From the NCBI RefSeq assembly GCF_001194135.2, contig NC_068986.1:25281571-25342413 (forward strand): a stretch of 60,843 nt of DNA. The letters are read 5' to 3'. Both the position numbers and the translations under genes were made by a program. Positions 12,201-21,900 of this stretch are shown here, in pieces (the first letter of the stretch is position 1; every line of letters begins with the position of its first letter). The DNA comes from Octopus bimaculoides. Its lineage: Eukaryota. The notes under the pieces were generated by a model. It did not search any database and was not told the origin of the DNA. It worked only from the letters and a program-made list of their open reading frames with translations.

Positions 12201-14891
12201 ATTTAACTCAGTGGTTTTCAACCATATTTTTAACTTACGGACTTCTTTGATTACTATTTTATTCTGGTGGACTCTCATAGCCACTCAATGTTTAAAAACT
12301 AGTTTAATAGATGCTTCTTTCAAAATTTCTATTTTGTTTTTCACACATTCACTGGTTTAGTTTGAACTATGTAAAACATTAGAAAAAGAAACTGCACTGT
12401 TTTTTTGCAATAAATATATCTAAAGCAAAATTTTTTTCATGGACCCTGCAAAAGCTTATATGGAACCCCCAGGGGTCTTATAGACCCCATTTGAGAACCA
12501 CTGATTTAACTCATTTGTTAGCATATTCATGTTGAAATACACTACAGCCTTTTATTTTAGTTCATTTTGAAAATAACGAAAAATTTCATAAAATAACTTT
12601 ATAGTTCTATATTTAAGAGATGAGGAATTATGTACATTATTTACATTTGACGGATATTTGTTGTTAACACAACGTTTTGGCTGATATACCCTCCAGCTTT
12701 CTTCAGGTGTCTTCAAACCCAGGTTCGAAATTTCCCCTAGACACCTGAAGAAGGCTGGAGGGTATATCAGCTGAAACGTGTTAACAACAAACAAGATGAG
12801 GACAAATATCTATCGAATGTAAATAGCTTTATCATTATTAAACTAATATTTGAAACGTAGATTAACCCTTTGAGGTCAGATATAAATAAGTCTTTCCATG
12901 CAGGATGCAAAAAAAAAAAAAAAGGAAAAATACAAGATGATAATCAACCAAATAGCTTATAATGCAAATGTGGCTTATATACCACACCTGTCTTCAGAAT
13001 TTAGCATTGTCAATAAGCCACACCCATCCTCTGTGGAAGAAAGCATATTGTGTCAATAGGCCACACCCATTCTTAAAGGGTTAACATGAGATTTAGATGG
13101 GAAGTTTTAATTTCAATCATTTTAAAACTGGAGCTTTGTATCAAAGCCCCAAGTGTGGTTTCAGGTGAGATGATGCTATCAAGAGAAAGGTTAAGTAATG
13201 TAAATCAATCTTTTACCTGTGCTTTCGGTTGTCTCAATGTAAGCAGATCAGCGGCTTCTTTTGCTGCAGCACGAGCTTGTGCCAAAATTTCTTCAGGTGT
13301 CATATTATCGGGAATCGCTTCAAATCGACTCAAGCTAACACAGAAATAGGTTAGAAAAAAGGAAAAAGACACAATGTAAAATAGATTTATATGCATCTAT
13401 CTTTTACTTGTTTCAGTCATTAGACTGTAGTCAATTAATGTTGGATTGTTTATGTTCTCGTTAGTTAGCAGTCTGGTGAAAGAGACAAATAAAATAAGTA
13501 CCAGACTTAAAAATGAAAAAGTAAAATAAGCACCGAGGTGGACTTGACCAACTAAACCCTTCAAGGCAATGCTCCAGCATGGCCGTAGTCTAATGATTGA
13601 ATTAAAAGATAAAAAAAACATAAAACATAATCCTACATTCCTTAAATATGTGTGTATTTTAAAAATTACTATAAAGTGTTGTAATGACTTCTTACTGTTA
13701 AAGTGTGAGAGAGATTAATATGACTCAAGGACTATTACAAGAGGTTTTTAACCCTTTAGCATTTAAACTGCCAATATCTGGCCCTAATATTCTACATGTT
13801 CTATGTACAAAGTGGCCAGATCCGGCCTCTCACACCAACTCAATCATGTCATTCTAAAAATTAACAGCTACCTCATCAAAATCTCGAAGCCACTAGCATA
13901 ACTAGAGTGTGTGCGCCTTCTGTTCCCCCCCGCCCGGACTCCACAAAAAACACATATTGCTTACAGCAGACCAAAAAGTGTTGCCCTGGGTGGACTGCCT
14001 CTACCCCCCCCTCCCGACTGCCCCCAGCTATGCTAGTGCATGATTAATTCAAAACAATGTAAATATATGTTACTTTTGACAGAATAGTGTGAATGCCAAA
14101 GGGTTAAACTGCCAATATCCAACCCAAATATTTTACTTGTTGTATGTTAAAATGAACTAGATCCAACCTTTCACACCTACCCTACAATGTCATTCTAAAA
14201 ATATACTAACACACACCACAGAAATCTTGAAACTATAAGATAATGTGTGATTAATTCAAAGCAATGTGAATAAATAAGCCATACATTTGACAGAGAGATC
14301 TGATTGTTAAAGGGTTAAATAGTTCAATTCTTACCTTGTTTTCTGTTTTTTGTGCTTCTTTTCTTTGGAATGCTGGTCATCTGTGACGGAATCAAAATTA
14401 TCATCATTGACACCGATAATGTTATCTTCACTTTCATCTTCCAGACCAAGTTCCTCCATGGTCAATTCATTCATAAAATCGAGGTTACGCTTCATACCAA
14501 GGAGGTTCTCCTGAACAATGGAAAAATCCACAGACGACGATGAAAGAATAAAGTCAATTTTTTAACAACTATAGGAAAAGTATTTTTCTGTTTAGAACAA
14601 CAAGCACATGTATCATCATCATCATCATCATTTAATGTCCACTTGTACAGATTTTGTTATGGCTTCACTATTGCCAATCCTCACTGGTTTCCAAGTGAGG
14701 AAATACATTCTCACAGCTAGTCATGTTTTTCACGGAAGACTGGAAATTAACAACCTCACCTGTATGACAATGATGCTCACTTATGAATATCGTAGTACTT
14801 ATTCTACTGGTCTCTTTTGTCAAAACGCTAAGCTACAGGGACGTAAATGTGCCAGCATTAGTTGTCCAGCGATGTTGGGGGACAAACACAG

Positions 14892-14926
<35 letters not shown>

Positions 14927-17900
14927 CACACACAATGGACTTCTTTCACTTTCCATCTACCAAATCCACCCACAAGGCTTTGGTCAGCCTAAAGCTATAG
15001 TAGAAGACACTTGCCCAAGGTACCACGCAGTGGGACTGAACCCGGAACCATGTGGTTGGTAAGCAAGCTACTTACCACTAGTTTTATTAATTCTTGACAA
15101 ATTGGTTTTACCAAGAAATATCAACCAAAGAGATAGAGCAAAATTTCAATTTAGCTCTTTTCAGTTTCTGAATGGAATGTAATAAAACTTATACCTTGCT
15201 CAATTGTTTTACTCCCATGTGAAGTAAACGTCTCGCTTCTTTATAATAAATAGTCTCAGGTCTGTTGTAGATCATAGCGTTCTGACACATAAGAATAAAA
15301 TCTTTCTGCAAAAATATAAAGAAATAGAAATTCATAAATTTAAAGAAAGTAAATATTAATATCAAATGTATACACAACAATTAAAAGTAGAAATGACAAG
15401 ACTGATAATAGTATTTCTGTTGTTGGCACTCCGTCGCTTACGATGTCGAGGGTTCCAGTTGATCTGATCAACGGCACAGCGTGCTCGTGAAATTAATGTG
15501 CAAGTGGCTGAGCACTCCACAGACACGTGTACCCTTAATGTAGTTCTCGGGGATATTCAGCGTGACACAGTATGACAAGGCTGACCCTTTGAATTAGAGG
15601 TACAACAGAAACAGGAAGTAAGAGTGAGAGAAAGTTGTGGTGAAAGAGTACAAAAGGGTTCGCCACCATCCCCTGCCGGAGCCTCGTGGAGCTTTAGGTG
15701 TTTTCGCTCAATAAACACTCACAACGCCCGGTCTGGGAATCGAAACCGCAATCCTATGACCGTGAGTCTGCTGCCCTAACCACTGGGCCATTGCGCCTCC
15801 ACGATAGTATTTCTATTAGACCATAAAAAATAAATTAAATAAAAAATTTTGTAGTGGCTTAGAAGAGGAAGGACAGTGCTTTTTAGGGTCTTTGTGACTG
15901 GTGGTTGAAGGTGCTGTTACATCATACACTTGGCCTAAAATGCTTGCAAAAGAGTCAACTCTACTAAAAGTTTTCAAAAGTCAGGTGGTAATCTTGAATT
16001 AGGTGTTGGATTATGTTTGTCACCCAAAGTTGTATTATACAGAATTACAATGAAAATATTATTGATCACTGATTAAGCATTGTAGGTAACTCTGAAAACA
16101 TGTGCAGTTATTGTCTTTTTCCAAGCATTTGGCTGGTATGCAGCAAAAGGATGCCTGAGACAGAGGAAGCACAGTATGTTGAAATCATGTGACCTGATAG
16201 TTCTGGCACCCACGCCTGAATGCCCCTGTCTGTTGTGATATAAGTGTGTGTGCACTAAGCACTGTATGTCTATATGAGAGGGCCTCTCAAGGCAAATACT
16301 GCTGGAATTTGGCATTCTCATAATACATTCACATTAAGAAGGATATAAAGATCATTGTTATCATTTCAGCATCCACGGGTCAGATGAAATTTGTTGAAGT
16401 AGATTTACTACAACTAGATGCTTTTCTTGCCACGAACCCTCACTTGTTTCCAAGTAAGATAAGATTTCCTATGACTAGATATGCCTTGAAAGATTGGAAA
16501 CAAAGGACACCGCTTTAATGACAGTGACACTCATTTACTACTATCACATGATGTCAAAGCAAGGAGACAGTAATACACCCACACACATGTGACTGGCTTC
16601 CTTCAGTTTCTGTCTTACAAATCCTCTCACAAGGCTTTGGTCAGCCCAGGGCAGCAAAATGAAGATGCTTGCCCAAGGTGTTAAGCAATGGGACTGAATC
16701 CAAAACCATATGGTTGGGACGCAAACTTCTTATCCCAGTCACGCCTGACCTGAAAGTCATTCACAGAACTATACTTTTCTTAAACAGTTCAAGCTACAAT
16801 ATTTTCGATACATCTAGCAAAAAGATATTCATGGTGACTACAGGGATTTGATTGTACATGAAGAAGAAGAAGAATTAAAAATACTACCTGATTTTACAAT
16901 ATAAATTTAGGGAGCAAAATATTGAGAATAACATAAGAGAAAATCAAAATTTTAATGATCTTTAGAGAGAATTAATTCCAATAAATATTTTTATTTAACC
17001 CTTCTGATATCCATTAAAATTTCACATTCATTTATGTTCTAAACATCAGCTTCTTAACGACAAAGTTAATAAATTTTTTATTATTTTCAAAATTAATCAG
17101 AACAAAATATATTTCAATAGAAATATGACAATGAAAGAATCAAAGCATGAGCAAATTGTGATTATAAAGATTTTTTGAGACTAAAATGCTATCCTGGTGA
17201 TCAAACCTGGTTGTCATAAAACAAAATCTAGCCATTAATTTTTTTTTTAATCCTGTTTAAAGAAACAAAGCTAAATTAATTTCTAAGTTGATGGGAACCA
17301 AAATTTACCATAAAAATTATAATAATTATAATCTATCTAAATTCAAAGTCATAAAGAAACAAAATAGTAAATGGATCCAAACTTACTTTGAATTCTTTTG
17401 TGCTAGCATACTCTTCGTCATCTACTTTAGAAAGAATTGTGCTGAAATCCATGGGCTTTTGAATGATACTTGAATAACCGGGAGCAATGACATCATTAAC
17501 TGGGAAGGCGAAGAAACCATGGGTATCTTTCCTATGAAAGAAATGAAAATGAAACCAATTTGTTTTAAGTTATTGTTTAGCCCCAGGTCAACACTGATCA
17601 GGAAGATCTATGATCACTGGTATAATGGGGGTATTTCTTTTTTCTTCAGACATCGGCTGTGTGGTAAGTAGCTTGCTTACCAACCACATGGTTCTGGGTT
17701 CAGTCCCACTGCGTGGCACCTTGGGCAAGTGTCTTCTACTATAGCNNNNNNNNNNCACCTTGGGCAAGTGTCTTCTACTATAGCCTCGGGCCGACCAAAG
17801 CCTTGTGAGTGGATTTGGTAGATGGAAACTGAAAGAAGACCATCGTATATGTGCATATGTGTGTTTGTCCCTCCAACATCGCTTGACAACCGATGCTGGT

Positions 17901-18922
17901 GTGTTTACGTCCCTGTAACTTAGCGGTTCGGCAAAAGAGACCGATAGAATAAGTACTAGGCTTACAAAAGAATAAGTCCTGGGGTCGATTTGCTCGACTA
18001 AAGGTGGTGCTCCAGCATGGCCACAGTCAAATGACTGAAACAAGTAACAGAGTAAAAGAGAGTATATATCTAAGCTTTCTTTATTCAATCTATCCTCTTT
18101 TTTTTTTATAGCAGTTCAGTGCAGTTTGAGATAGACTTAGCTGCTATTTGTAACTGGCCCAACAACAGCATAGAATGTTCTCCTTCGTCTTGTTTGTCAG
18201 CCAATTAAGAAAATGCATTAATGATCAACCTCTCTCACTTGATTTGGAGATCAGACATGTATATACCTTCATTGTTACTTGCAAGCAAGTATAGCCTGAT
18301 AGTATGTATCATGTTTCTGCTAATTGTTTTAAGTGCCTATGTATCCACGAGTAAACAAAGACACACTTTTGGTCCTTCCACTCTTGATCTAGAGGAGCAT
18401 TGGGGCTTGAGGGAGAGAGAGAGCTGCAATGAAAATGAAAACCAGCACTTGGCTGGTACCGTCCATCAAAATTTTATGCAAATTTATTTTCCAAATACAA
18501 GCTTAATAATTACAAAGTTATTTTACAAAATTAATTTAAATACTGCATTTCAAGAGACATGGTAAGAAAGGAGTTAAAGAAATGGAAGCAAATGTTCAGA
18601 GAATTACCTTTGGAATTGCTTTGTCATATACTTAAGGAACGTCTTCATGTTACTTGGTTCCTCTTCTTGGTTAGACAGTTTCATCCGTTTTTCAATAGGC
18701 TCATCATCTTCAGCTGCTTTATCTGGAGGATGCGGAGTGGATGTAGGAGGTGACAAAAATAACTGTTTTGCTGCAGGGGAGGAGTATGGTGGAGAATGTG
18801 AATGTAATTCAGATTCATATTCATCACGCTCTCTTTTATGTGGACGTCCCTGCAAATATAATTTTTTTTCACAGATAATTAAGAGTCATCAAATATAGTA
18901 ATGTTTACAGAAATGACTCTTC

Positions 18923-18968
<46 letters not shown>

Positions 18969-21900
18969 GTCCGGTTTCTCTTTCAGAAAGAAATGCAAAC
19001 AAATACACATACATATTTATATCCAGAATGATCATGGAAAATCTCTAGAAATCCTATTAATTTTGAAATATAATAAAAATTATTTCAAATTCTGACACAA
19101 AGTCAGCGATTTTGGAGGAGGGCTTAAGTCAATCAACCCCAGTGCTCAACTGGTACTTATTTTATCAACTCTGGTGGAATTTGAACAAAGAACATAAAGA
19201 TGGACGAAATGCTGCTAAGCATTTTTCCAGGCATATTAACAATTCTTCCTCAAAACTATAAATAAAAAATGTAGACATTTCGTCTACTATTCTACTGATT
19301 CTATTAATCAAGCTCTATTGTTATGTAGAAAAACCAACAGAAGGAACACAGTGAAATTGCTGAGGGAGGAGTTGAATGATCTAATGTGTCAGATAGAGCT
19401 CTTCTTCAAGGAATTAAAAGTTACAGAGCCAGTATCTGATGTGTATACTGAGATCATTGAAGAAACAAACAGTGGTTTTTCAGTGGGTTTGTTTCTCTGT
19501 AAAATAGAAACACTGTCCTCTTTCTTTTTCTTTGCTGTCAATTTCACCTTGATGATGATCTCTGAAATGTTAGATAATCCACTCCCTCACAACAATTTCA
19601 TTGCATCCCTTCTTTCACTTTCACTTTCATCAAATAAAACAAATCTTACTGACACAGACCAGTCTCTTCAGATTCCCTTTTATCTACTGTCATTTGGCTA
19701 AGTCCACAACACAAAGTAGTATATGTATGTACTTCATGGAAATATATTTGGCTTTATTAACCCTTACTGTGTAAGAACCAAGTATAATTGCTTTTGATAG
19801 TGAGGTACTGTTCAGACTTCTACACATTTCACGCATATTTTAATTTTACTGGCTAATAGTAGAATGAAGTTGTAAGAACTTTTTTGCATTCAGTAATTGC
19901 ACATTAGTACACAAAAATTTAATCAGTGTAGGGAGAGTTAAATATAATTGTGTGATTAGTTTTTAGGTGGTTAATGAAATTAACACTTTAATTAGCATCT
20001 ACAATGATATAAATTATAATGTAAAATTTTTTTGTCTTTGGCACAGCATTCATTATGTTCTCTTATTTGCATTGAGGGCCCAATGAACTAATAAGTCCTC
20101 TATTTAAAAAAAAAAGAAAGAAAAAACAAGAAAAGACAGAAAAACTACTATGATTAAATATCCTGACAGAATTGTAAATGGAACTGTAGAAAATGAAATA
20201 AACATTTTGATCAGAGATTCTTTCACATTCCTTAACAAAACAAAAAATAAAAAATCTCCTAGTGAGACAGATAAAAAAAGGAGTGCATTTATACATACAT
20301 CTTCATGGTGTCTGTGTTTTTCTTTTTCACTGGATTTTTTCTTTTTCTTCTTTTTATGTTTATGCCTACGTTCTTCAGTGTCCCCAGTATATACTTCAGG
20401 TACTGGTTCAGTAACTTTTAATACCAATTTCAGTGGTTTTTCAGATGGCTTCTCTGTGGAACACAAACAGATTTTGATCATTTTTTTGCAGGAAGAGTTT
20501 AAGCAAATCATTTTTAAAAAACTAGTCAAACTGTGTGCATGTATGTTCGTATGTGTATGTGCATGTGTGTATGTATATATATATATATATATATCATTCG
20601 CCATGATAGATCGCTGACCACTACATTTATATTTTTTTTCTCCTTGTTTCTCTCCTTATTTCTTTCTGTGTTCCTTTCAGTTGAAGAGCGTAGGCTCGAA
20701 ACGTCAAAGACTTTCGCTATTCCTGAGCGTTAAACTAACACATCCTTTTGTTGTTTACACCACCTGTCTTCGTCTGTTGTTTTTTTAGTAAATTCTCCCC
20801 CCCCCACACACACACATATATATATATGTGCATGTATGTGTGTNNNNNNNNNNNNNNNNNNNNNNNNNNNNNNNNNNNNNNNNNNNNNNNNNNNNNNNNN
20901 NNNNNNNNNNNNNNNNNNNNNNNNNNNNNNNNNNNNNNNNNNNNNNNNNNNNNNNNNNNNNNNNNNNNNNNNNNNNNNNNNNNNNNNNNNNNNNNNNNNN
21001 NNNNNNNNNNNNNNNNNNNNNNNNNNNNNNNNNNNNNNNNNNNNNNNNNNNNNNNNNNNNNNNNNNNNNNNNNNNNNNNNNATATATATATATATATATA
21101 CAAATTCAAATCTCTTTCATGGATATATAATTATGAACAGAAGTCATCGTACTGTGATGGCTACATCGTGGTAGGTTGATTCTTGTTTATTTTTATGTAT
21201 CTTGACCATACATGTACTGATGAACAAAAGAATACAGGTTACTTCACAGTTTTTCTGTATTTGATTGAGAAACCAGTGGTCTACCGTTGAGTTAAATGTT
21301 TTTAAGAGATAAATTTTGAAAGCTGCATTCCCTCGCTTTCAGTAAATATGTTGCTTATTTTTTGGTAGTTTTTTACTTATTTAGTCCCTCGAAGCGTGAG
21401 GCATTACTACACAGCTAATGCCCTTTATATATAATTATATATATATATATCTCACACTTAAAAAATGATCACTCTTTCCCCCACCCCATAATCTACTGTA
21501 TATTCTCCCTTTTACAAGATAAACTTGTTCTGCTCAGATGTAACCCTTCGACAACAAGAAACCCGTTCTGATCTGGCTCCTTCTCTTACACTTTAATTCC
21601 TCATCTCCTATCATAAAGCTGCTTCTCTCAATGTTCATAATCTTGCAACCTGCATGGCAACCTCATGAGTGCTGGTACCATGAAAATAAAAAAGCACCCA
21701 GTACATGTAAAGTCATTGGCATTAGGAAAGGCATCCAGCTGTAGAAACCATGCCAAAGGAGACATTTGAGCCTGGCACAATTCTTGGACCCATCCGTTTC
21801 TATCAAACCATTCAACCCATGCCAGGATGGAACATGAATATCAACCTTTTACTATTTAATCTGGCTGTCTCCTCTCAAAGATCTTTGTTTGCAAGTTACT

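Noticed and set aside
15700-15802. tRNA-like sequences (heads of SINE families A, B and D)
   Set aside because: Each is fused to a SINE body and lacks a complete cloverleaf and acceptor stem, so none is called a tRNA gene.
19318-19701. 127-aa plus-strand ORF as an antisense gene
   Set aside because: Its only recognisable part is the inverted exon 2 copy; it has no ATG at the listed start and no exon context.
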